64,000 nucleotides of DNA, from positions 372,001 to 436,000 of the forward strand of contig UYFQ01000005.1 in assembly GCA_900617105.1 (NCBI GenBank). Reading direction: 5' to 3'. Shown piece after piece: positions 56,165 to 64,000 of this stretch; the first letter of the stretch is position 1, and each line of letters opens with the position of its first letter. The position numbers and the translations under genes are program-made. This DNA comes from Hydrurus foetidus. Its lineage: Eukaryota. Below the pieces are notes generated by a model. That model saw nothing but the letters and a program-made list of their open reading frames with translations. It was not told the origin of the DNA and ran no database searches.

Positions 56165-56940
56165 TCAACCTGTGTGCGCATTGACTGTTCTGCTTTGGTG
56201 CAGACGATCAATGTGCGAAACCGTTGACGCGCGCAGCGGCAGACGCACCGCTACTTGATGCCGCGTGCCGTGCAGGCCAAACAACAGTTCACCTTGCAGG
56301 CGTACCACGATTTGTTGCACGATAGCCAGGCCCAACCCGAAGCCGGGAACGCCCCGGCTGGCATCTCCGCGGGCGAAAGCATCCATCAGCTGGCCAGCAC
56401 CATTTTTCGATAAACCGGGCCCGGCGTCAGAGACAGTCAGCGTGGCGCATCCATCCTCCTGCAAAAGGTTGACCTCGACGGGTGCACCTCCATGCTTGAA
56501 TGCGTTGTCGACCAGGTTGTATATCAAGCGTTCAACCAACAAGGCATTGGCCTGGTGCAGCATCAAACTGGCGGGCGTTGTGGCACGAATTTCGTGCGCG
56601 TGGCTGACAAAGCCAGCCGCCACGTGTTGTGCTACCTCTGCCAGATCCACCGTTTCATCCAGCGACACGGTTCCTGCGCGTATGAACTCAAGAAAACTGG
56701 CAGTCAGCCGATCGGCTTCGTCGACGTTTCTGGTGATGGAGGCAACGCCTGCGGCGTTCTCCGGCGACTCCGGCATCATCTCGGCGGCCAGTCGGATCCG
56801 ACTCAACGGGCTGCGCAGATCGTGCGATACACCTGCCAGCAGCAGAGCGCGTTCCCGCTCATTGCGCTGCAGGCGCTCGGCCAGCAAACGGTAAGCCTTG
56901 TCGATCTCAATCAACTCGGGGGCCACCTTGTTGTTTTGCA
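56165..56940 (-). pseudogene. 5'-truncated EnvZ/RstB-like sensor histidine kinase
   Basis: AGVSHDLRSPL, NLVDNA.KHG, D.GPG and GFGLGLAIV present; no TM/sensor domain; upstream DNA becomes AT-rich. Confidence 0.75.
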
Positions 56941-57096
56941 TCCATTGGGTTGAAGTGTCGAGCTGTGTTCCTGTATTTGCATGCGCTTGTTTGAATCCCA
57001 AGAATAAGGGTGATCCTTCAATTACATGCAAGTGGAATGGTACCTATTGCAGCAATGGTGGACCCACATGCATTCCCTAAGTGGACAGGAATTCCA

Positions 57097-57124
57097 GAGG
57101 GGGCTCCGAATTTTGTGTAGACGG
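57097..57124 (+). mobile_element. Orphan IS256-family terminal inverted repeat
   Basis: GAGGGGGCTCCGAATTTTGTGTAGACGG matches the IS256 right IR (13521-13548, reverse complement) at 23/28. Confidence 0.65.
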
Positions 57125-57334
57125 GGCGAGCATTAATTCTTGGTTATTATTTTCTAAAAATTAATATACGCGTCAATAATTACGAATCCCATCTGTGCAG
57201 AGGTTTTTTGCATGAGAACATCTTATTTTTAAAATTCACAATGCGGAAAAAAATATTTTACGCAAGTCCTCATCAAGAAACTTTGTTCTAAACGCTTCCT
57301 TTGCGCTGAAAGCAGAGAATAAATAGGTTACACC

Positions 57335-57766
57335 ATGAATAACACTGCAACTCTTTATTCTAAATTGCTTGGACTTGAAACACCTTGGGCAGTTAAAAAG
57401 GTAAGCCTTTCGGAAAACCACCAATGCATCATGGTAGAGGTGGATTATGTTCCAAAAGTAAAATGGACAGACCCTAAAGATCCATACGCTCGATTAAATT
57501 TCAAAAATTCTATTTTGCATTCATGGCGGCATCTGGATACTTGTAATCTTGAAACGGTAATTGTGGCCGAACTACCTAATATCGACTATAGCAATGGCCA
57601 AACTGAGGTATTAGAAGTTCCTTGGGCTGATCGGTACTCACGGCTGAGCCGTCCTATGCATGAATTGGTTTTGAAACTTTTGGAAGTTTGCCCAAGCCCG
57701 GCACAGGTTTATGAAGTTACTCGTATACGCAGTGGCTCCAATGGATTTGAGTTGGCATCAACTTGA
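57335..57766 (+). pseudogene. ISL3-family transposase N-terminal remnant
   Basis: LY..LLGL..PW.V, WRHLD and VPWA...SR motifs; only 143 aa, no DDE core. Confidence 0.75.
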
Positions 57767-58114
57767 AAACATGAGGTAATTATTCTATTTTTTGCATAAT
57801 ATTAAATAAAATACTCCTCTCGCTAAGTTGCCCACCAAATTACCAACGAAATCCAAACCTCATAAAAATAGCGGTCATATTGACAGTCGCTTCGATGCTG
57901 CCCAAGTCGAATTAAGCCATGTGTTCTCTGATGGATTATTCATTCCATCCAAAAGCAAGTGAGCAAGGTCAGCAGGGTCAGATACCGGCTTTTTGGCCAG
58001 GGCTGGATAGAGCAAAAGGGCGGTGTTCATGGGTTTCGGCCCGTTTGCAGCTCAATTTTGGAAGAAAACTGACCGCTAGACATGGTGGAATAAGCACATA
58101 TAGCTATCAAAATA

Positions 58115-58567
58115 CTAGTGAACGGGGTTGGCCAGATCATCCAGGATGGGGCAGTCGGGGCGCTCGTCGCCGTGGCAGTGGCTCAGCAGCCCCGAGAGGG
58201 TGCGCTGCATGGCCTGCATAGCGGCAATGCGCTGGCTCAGTTCGTCCACGTGTTTTTGCGCAATGCGTTTGACGCTGGCACTGGCCCGGCGGCGGTTTTG
58301 CCACAGGCTCACCAACTCGGCAATCTCGGCCATAGAAAACCCCAGATCACGCCCACGCTTGATGAACTGCAGGCTGCTCACGTCGGCCGGGGTATAGAGC
58401 CGGTAGCCGCTGTCGGTGCGCGCCACGGTACTCAGCAGGCCAAGACTCTCGTAGTGGCGCAGCATCTTGGCCGACACGCCGGAGCGTTGGGCGGCGATGC
58501 CTATGGTCACCGGCCAGCTCACCTCAGGAGCGGCCTCGCGCGGTGCTGCGGCGGTGGGCAGTTTCAT
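58115..58567 (-). CDS. cueR: Cu(I)-responsive MerR-family regulator
   Basis: SGVSAKMLRHYES.GL, SGYR.Y and C-terminal CHGDERPDCPIL. Confidence 0.93.
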   Translation of the reverse strand: MKLPTAAAPREAAPEVSWPVTIGIAAQRSGVSAKMLRHYESLGLLSTVARTDSGYRLYTPADVSSLQFIKRGRDLGFSMAEIAELVSLWQNRRRASASVKRIAQKHVDELSQRIAAMQAMQRTLSGLLSHCHGDERPDCPILDDLANPVH

Positions 58568-58773
58568 GCTCTGACCGCGTAGCCTTCTTCGACCATGGCG
58601 CGGGCCAGTTGCTCGCGCGGCTGGCTGGACTGCACTTCCACCTGGTTCTGGCTGCGGTCGATGCGCACCTGGGCCTGCGGGTCGGCGGCTTTGAGGGCAC
58701 GGGTGACAGCCGCCTCGCAGTGACCGCAGGTCATGCCGGTGACGGTGAAAGTTTGAGCCATAGTCGTGTTCAT
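58564..58773 (-). CDS. copZ: Copper chaperone (HMA domain)
   Basis: V.GMTCGHC motif; ends EEGY. Confidence 0.88.
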   Translation of the reverse strand: MNTTMAQTFTVTGMTCGHCEAAVTRALKAADPQAQVRIDRSQNQVEVQSSQPREQLARAMVEEGYAVRA

Positions 58774-58801
58774 AATGGATTCCTGGGTAGTTAAGGCCTG
58801 T

Positions 58802-58832
58802 AGTGTGAAGCTTGCCACCATGGCAAGGTCAA
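58802..58832 (-). promoter_or_regulatory. CueR-type promoter/operator for copZ-cueR
   Basis: TTGACC-19 bp-CACACT with dyad CTTGCCA-N3-TGGCAAG. Confidence 0.8.
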
Positions 58833-58869
58833 CTGTTTTTTGCAACGACAGGCACCATTCAGTTTGTGC

Positions 58870-58900
58870 TTGACCTTGCCATAAGGGCAAGGTCTAAGCT
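58870..58900 (+). promoter_or_regulatory. CueR-type promoter/operator for copA
   Basis: TTGACC-19 bp-TAAGCT with dyad ACCTTGCC-N5-GGCAAGGT. Confidence 0.85.
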
Positions 58901-58906
58901 CCCCCT

Positions 58907-61207
58907 ATGACATCAACAACTGCCCTCTCCCCGACCCCTCCCCCCACCTTAAACCTTGGCATAGGCGGCATGACCTGCGCGTCTTGTGTGGCGCGGGTGG
59001 AGCGGGCCTTGAAAAAAGTACCGGGCGTCTACGCTGCGACGGTCAACCTGGCCACTGAGTCGGCACGCATCACGCTGCAACCCGACAACGCGGACGCCAC
59101 GAACGCCGAGGCGCAGCTGCGTCGAGCCGTGCGTGATGCGGGCTACGAACCCCGCGCTGCCGACGCAGCCATTGACAGTGCGGAGCCCTCGGCCTGGGCC
59201 GGTGCAAGTGGATTTGGCCCGGTGGCACTGGGCCTGGCCTTGTCGCTGCCGCTGGCCCTGCCCATGCTGGGCGACCTGCTGGGCCAGCATTGGATGCTGA
59301 GCGCTTGGCTGCAGTTTGCGCTGGCCACGCCGGTGCAGTTCGTGTTGGGGGCACGCTTTTACCGCGGGGCCTGGGGTGCGCTCAAGGCCCACGCGGGCAA
59401 CATGGACTTGCTGGTGGCCATAGGCACAACGGCGGGCTGGGCCTTGTCCATGTGGTTGTGGCTGAGCGCCGTGTTCAGCGGCGAGGCCGCGCCCATGCAC
59501 CTGTACTTTGAAGGCTCGGCCCTGGTGATCAGCTTGGTGCTGCTGGGCAAGTGGCTGGAGGTGCGGGCCAAGCGCCAAACCACCTCGGCGATACGTGCCT
59601 TGCACGCCTTGCGACCCGAAGTCGCGCATTTGATTCGTTCGGACAGTGAAATCGACGTGCCGATTGCCGAGGTGCTGGTCGGTGACAAGCTGGTCATCAA
59701 ACCCGGCGAGCGCATCCCGGCCGACGGTGTGCTGGTGGAGGGCCAGACCCAGGTGGATGAATCCATGCTCACCGGCGAACCCCTGCCGGTGACCAAAGCC
59801 TCGGGCGCGCGCCTCACCGGCGGTGCCATCAACGGCGAGGGCCGCATCGTGATGCAAGTCAGCGCTGTGGGGGCCGAGACCGTGCTGGCCCACATCATCC
59901 GCTTGGTAGAAGACGCGCAGGCCGCCAAGGCCCCGATCCAGCGCTTGGTCGATCAGGTCAGCGCCGTCTTTGTGCCGGTGGTGTTGGTGATTGCCCTGAC
60001 CACGCTCTTGGGCTGGTGGGCCAGTGGCCTGCCGTTTGAGCTGGCCCTGATTCGCGCCGTGGCGGTGCTGGTGATCGCCTGCCCCTGCGCCCTGGGCCTG
60101 GCCACGCCGGTGGCCATCATGGCCGGTACCGGTGTAGCGGCCAAGCACGGCATTTTGATCAAGGACGCGCAGGCGCTGGAGCTGGCGCACAAGGTGAACG
60201 TGGTGGCCTTTGACAAGACCGGCACACTGACCGTGGGCAAGCCCACCCTCACCACGCTGCTGCCGGTGGTGGGCCTGAGCACGGACGAGGCACTGCTGAT
60301 TGCCGCCAGCCTGCAAAGCGGCAGCGAACACCCGCTGGCCCACGCCGTGCTGGACTCAGCACGGGCTAAAGGCCTGGCCTGGGGCGCGCCGCACAACTTC
60401 TGCGCCGTGCCGGGGCGGGGCAGCGAGGGCGAGGTGATGATGGGGGAAGTAAGCCAAACCTACCTGATCGGCAGCCTGCGCTGGATGGCCGAGCTGGGCG
60501 CGGGTCTCGGCGCGCTGCAAGCGCAGGCGACCGCGCTGCAAACCCAAGGTGCCACGGTGTCCGCCATGGCGCAACGCAGCGACGCGGGCCTTGAGCTGTG
60601 CGCCCTGCTGGCCTTTGCCGACGAGCCCAAGCCAGGTGCCCAAGCCGCGCTGGCGGCCCTGCGTGCGCGTGGCCTGAAATTGGTCATGATCTCGGGCGAC
60701 AACCGCGGAGCCGCCGAGGCCATGGCACGCCGTCTGGGCCTGAACCCGGAGACCGGTGAAGTCCTGGCCGAGGTGCTGCCAGGAGACAAAGCGGCCGAGG
60801 TGGCAGCGCTGAAGCAGGGTGGTCTGACTGTCCTCATGGTCGGCGACGGTATCAACGATGCACCCGCGCTCACCGCCGCCGATGTCGGCATGGCCATGGC
60901 CAACCCCGGGGGTGGCACGGACGTGGCCATGGCCGCCGCCGGTATCACGCTGATGCGTGGTGACCCGCTGTTGGTGGCTGCGGCACTGGACATCTCGGCC
61001 CGCACCGTGGCCAAGATTAGGCAAAACCTGTTCTGGGCCTTCGCCTACAACGTGGCCGGCATTCCGCTCGCTGCCCTGGGCTACCTCAACCCCGTGCTGG
61101 CCGGAGCGGCCATGGCGCTGAGCTCAATCAGCGTCATGAGCAACGCGCTACTGCTCAAGCGCTGGACGCCTGTGCAGGCCCGGCTTGCAGATAAGATCGT
61201 CCCTTAG
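58907..61207 (+). CDS. copA: Copper-translocating P1B-type ATPase
   Basis: [36 protein letters not shown] and YN motifs. Confidence 0.95.
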   Translation: MTSTTALSPTPPPTLNLGIGGMTCASCVARVERALKKVPGVYAATVNLATESARITLQPDNADATNAEAQLRRAVRDAGYEPRAADAAIDSAEPSAWAGASGFGPVALGLALSLPLALPMLGDLLGQHWMLSAWLQFALATPVQFVLGARFYRGAWGALKAHAGNMDLLVAIGTTAGWALSMWLWLSAVFSGEAAPMHLYFEGSALVISLVLLGKWLEVRAKRQTTSAIRALHALRPEVAHLIRSDSEIDVPIAEVLVGDKLVIKPGERIPADGVLVEGQTQVDESMLTGEPLPVTKASGARLTGGAINGEGRIVMQVSAVGAETVLAHIIRLVEDAQAAKAPIQRLVDQVSAVFVPVVLVIALTTLLGWWASGLPFELALIRAVAVLVIACPCALGLATPVAIMAGTGVAAKHGILIKDAQALELAHKVNVVAFDKTGTLTVGKPTLTTLLPVVGLSTDEALLIAASLQSGSEHPLAHAVLDSARAKGLAWGAPHNFCAVPGRGSEGEVMMGEVSQTYLIGSLRWMAELGAGLGALQAQATALQTQGATVSAMAQRSDAGLELCALLAFADEPKPGAQAALAALRARGLKLVMISGDNRGAAEAMARRLGLNPETGEVLAEVLPGDKAAEVAALKQGGLTVLMVGDGINDAPALTAADVGMAMANPGGGTDVAMAAAGITLMRGDPLLVAAALDISARTVAKIRQNLFWAFAYNVAGIPLAALGYLNPVLAGAAMALSSISVMSNALLLKRWTPVQARLADKIVP

Positions 61208-61277
61208 CCCTTGTTTAATATGCTTGAGTAGCTATTGATTTGGTAGTACTCCAAAGAGCCCACTGCCGCGCACCCAT

Positions 61278-61307
61278 CGCAGTATTGCGCAGTATTGCGC
61301 AGTATTA
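61278..61307. repeat. 10-bp tandem repeat (CGCAGTATTG)x3
   Basis: Seen directly; last copy ends in A. Confidence 0.85.
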
Positions 61308-61340
61308 GGTCAGGTCTTGCAACGAAACACAAAGTCAAAC

Positions 61341-61898
61341 TCAAGCCACCAACCGCGACGACTTCGGCACATGCGCCATCAAGAACTCCATCTGATCCGC
61401 CAATATCCGGCGGTTGCGCAGGATGAAGTCCTCCCACAGGCTGGGCACGTAGGGGGCGTAGAGCAGGGGCATTTTGGCTTGCTCGGGGGTGCGGCTGCTT
61501 TTGCGGTGGTTGCAGGGGCGGCAGGCGGTGACGACGTTCATCCAGTGGTCTTGGCCGTTTTGGGCGAAGGGGACGATGTGTTCGCGGGTTAAATCGGATT
61601 CGTGCAAATGTTCGCCGCAGTAGGCGCAGACGTTGCGGTCGCGGATGAAGAGTTTGCTGTTGGTCAAGCCTGGGCGCAGCTCGAACGGGTTGATGTTGGG
61701 CACCCCGCGTGTGCCAATGATGCTGTTGACAGTGATTGTCGATTGCACGCCGGTGATGGCGTTGTTACCGCCCCTGAACACGGCCACCTCGCGGCCCATT
61801 TCCCAACGCACGTCTTCGGCGGCGTAGTGAATCACCGCTTGTTCCAGCGTGATCCACGACTGGGGGAGCCCTTGGGCAGACAGTTTCAAGACTTTCAA
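61341..61898 (-). CDS. HNH endonuclease
   Basis: LF.RDRN.CAYCG, LTREH..P and W.NVVTAC..CNH.K; TTG start with GGAGG RBS. Confidence 0.9.
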   Translation of the reverse strand: MKVLKLSAQGLPQSWITLEQAVIHYAAEDVRWEMGREVAVFRGGNNAITGVQSTITVNSIIGTRGVPNINPFELRPGLTNSKLFIRDRNVCAYCGEHLHESDLTREHIVPFAQNGQDHWMNVVTACRPCNHRKSSRTPEQAKMPLLYAPYVPSLWEDFILRNRRILADQMEFLMAHVPKSSRLVA

Positions 61899-62130
61899 AA
61901 CAGACCTCCGATGGAACCATCTCCCAGGCATTGCGGCCAAGAATGGAATTTAAGAACACATCAAAAACAAGCGACCTGAACAATATACAGACATTGGTAC
62001 ATGCGCTCTATAAAGCACTGTATACCCCCTTCATGTCATATCTGAGAATCGGCGATTCAGACCTTCTCTTTACGACGAGAAACACACTACCATTGTGTGG
62101 CCCGTACATTGCCACTCACAGCCCTCTTGC

Positions 62131-64000
62131 ATGCCACCACACGCCCCACCCTCACCCTCTAGCCGCCTCTCGTGGCTGAAGGTGCGCACAGAGCTCTGGC
62201 TAAGCGCTATCCGTGAAGCCTACGTGGCGTTATTGCCACTGACAATTCTGGGCGCCCTGGCGGTCACGGCGGCTCAAAACCCCTACCCTCCGTACATCTT
62301 GTGGATGACGCAGACCTTTGGGGCGGACTGGCAAATGCAGGGAATGCGCTTATTCAACGCGACGATGGGGATGATGGGGTTGGCAGGTGCAGCGGCTATT
62401 TGCTTTAACGTCTCGGCAAGAATTCAATCGGGCACCAACCGCAGCTACCAGACCATGATCGCCATACCTGCGGTGGCCGGATCAGCCTTTTTCCTGATCG
62501 TTATGTCGACTGAAGTACCCGACTTCAAATCGCTCGGTTATGCCAGCGCCTTCCAAAGCATTATTGTGGGCATTGCAAGTGCGGAGCTGATGCACTTTTT
62601 CGGCCACCGCTTGCCCCAATCCAAACAATTGGCGCCTATTGAGGGCCGCACGTCACTGCACAGCGCTTTGCGCTTGTCTGTGACGGCGACGCTGGCATTG
62701 ACCAGCATATTGCTCGGATACTGGCTGCTCAAAAGCTGTCTCGCGCACTTGACGGAGCCGCTGCTCCCGCCGCTTTCCGCGTGGCTCACCGCGCACAACC
62801 CAGGCGCTGACGTTCTGAATGCGTCCATCGTGGTGATCAACCAGTTGCTGTGGACGCTGGGCATCAATGGTGGGCAGTTTTTGTTGCATTTGGGCGCGTC
62901 AGACTCTGGCTTGATCGGCAGCGGATCCGTGCTTTACGCCGCCAACGCCGCCTCCCCTATGTTTGTGAATGCTTTTGCCCACCTGGGCGGGGCAGGGGCC
63001 ACGTGGGGATTGATCATCTATTGCATCGTGTGGGGTAAAGACCGTTCGCTGAAGAGGTTGGCGTGGTACTCGGTACTGCCCGCCATCCTCAATGTCAATG
63101 AACTGCTGCTGTTCGGTATCCCGCTGGTGCTGAGCCGCACGCTGGTGATCCCCTTCATCGCCGCGCCCCTCTTCAATTGCCTTATGGCAACATTGGCGAT
63201 CCACACCCTGGGCATGACATTGGATGGACAGGCCGTGGCGTGGTCAACCCCGATTGTGGTGTCGGGCTACCTGATGTCATCGTCATGGCTAGGCGCCGCC
63301 GTGCAGCTGGTTTGTCTGGCCGCGAGCACCCTCATTTATGCCCCTTTTGTTAGGCAACTTGAGCACGAACGCCACCAGCACAGCAAAGACCTGCTGAGTT
63401 CCGTGTTGAAGCTGCTGAGCGTCAACGATGTCACCGTCGGTTCAAAAATCCTCAAACGGACAGACGCGGTAGGCGATGTGGCACGCCATTTGATCCACAA
63501 CTTCCGTGCCGATCTCGGTACGGAGCGCGTACGCCTTTTTTACCAACCACAGCACGACCGACATGGTCACACCGTGGGTGTAGAAGCGCTCTTGCGTTGG
63601 ACGCACGCTACCTACGGGCCGATTCCACCGCAGGCCATCGTCAACATTGCAGAAGAATGCGATTTGATCCATACCTTGGGCGAGTGGGTTGTCAACCAAG
63701 TCTGTGCCGATACCGCACGCTGGCAAGCCGCAGGGTACGAAGGCATCACCGTCTCATTGAACATGTCACCCGTGCAGCTCGAATCCAGCAGCTGGGTTGA
63801 GGTGGTGCAAGCCGCCATCGAAAAGCACCGCATTCCGGTTCAAAATTTAGACATTGAAATCACAGAAGGCAAGGCAATGTCTCTCAGCGAGCAAGCCAAC
63901 CGCACGCTGCGTGAGCTCCAAGAACTGCGTGTACACCTGTCTATGGACGACTTTGGCATGGGCTGCACCTCTTTGCTCTACATGCAACGCTTTAAGATGT
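62131..64000 (+). CDS. PTS EIIC (cellobiose-type) membrane domain fused to EAL domain, runs off window
   Basis: Not in ORF track. Manual translation: AIREA...LLPLT, LLW.LGING, LGGAGAT, P.ILNVNE.LLFGIPLV, WSTP, then FYQPQ, EALLRW, IEITE and MDDFG. Confidence 0.88.
   Translation, partial: MPPHAPPSPSSRLSWLKVRTELWLSAIREAYVALLPLTILGALAVTAAQNPYPPYILWMTQTFGADWQMQGMRLFNATMGMMGLAGAAAICFNVSARIQSGTNRSYQTMIAIPAVAGSAFFLIVMSTEVPDFKSLGYASAFQSIIVGIASAELMHFFGHRLPQSKQLAPIEGRTSLHSALRLSVTATLALTSILLGYWLLKSCLAHLTEPLLPPLSAWLTAHNPGADVLNASIVVINQLLWTLGINGGQFLLHLGASDSGLIGSGSVLYAANAASPMFVNAFAHLGGAGATWGLIIYCIVWGKDRSLKRLAWYSVLPAILNVNELLLFGIPLVLSRTLVIPFIAAPLFNCLMATLAIHTLGMTLDGQAVAWSTPIVVSGYLMSSSWLGAAVQLVCLAASTLIYAPFVRQLEHERHQHSKDLLSSVLKLLSVNDVTVGSKILKRTDAVGDVARHLIHNFRADLGTERVRLFYQPQHDRHGHTVGVEALLRWTHATYGPIPPQAIVNIAEECDLIHTLGEWVVNQVCADTARWQAAGYEGITVSLNMSPVQLESSSWVEVVQAAIEKHRIPVQNLDIEITEGKAMSLSEQANRTLRELQELRVHLSMDDFGMGCTSLLYMQRFKM

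Noticed and set aside
58949..61024. 464- and 222-aa minus ORFs
   Set aside because: Antisense shadows of copA
61341..61898. HNH gene as a mobile or defence nuclease
   Set aside because: Host-like composition, with no methylase, repeats or element ends nearby

Overview
Chromosomal DNA of a GC-rich betaproteobacterium; gene content and order suggest Comamonadaceae/Rhodoferax-like (inference). The backbone holds an rsmB-like methyltransferase, purN, GST, cca, an MdtABC-type RND pump with outer-membrane factor, a TPP-riboswitch-controlled thiC-thiO-thiS-thiG-thiE operon with divergent thiD, ROK/DUF2905/MidA/SDR/folB, ttcA, an AGMO-like desaturase-YhhN fusion, aqpZ, two acyl-CoA dehydrogenases, cueR-copZ-copA, an HNH protein and a partial PTS-EIIC/EAL fusion. 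Accessory blocks: (1) a lower-GC island after cca with rhuM and a Cap4-like nuclease-STAND ATPase (Avs-like) operon, split by an intact IS256 with an 8-bp target duplication and followed by a coupled 482-aa partner; (2) two PIN toxin-antitoxin pairs and an orphan antitoxin; (3) a c-di-GMP/phosphorelay island between folB and ttcA; (4) an AT-rich scar with IS remnants. Two window-wide patterns: a dispersed ~55-bp motif (core GCTAY-N7-RTAGC with fixed-spacing GC dinucleotides) in about 12 copies, mostly inside coding sequences, and repeated -10/6-nt/start-codon architecture suggesting leaderless mRNAs. No rRNA, tRNA or CRISPR array seen. All calls come from reading the sequence; no database searches were run.
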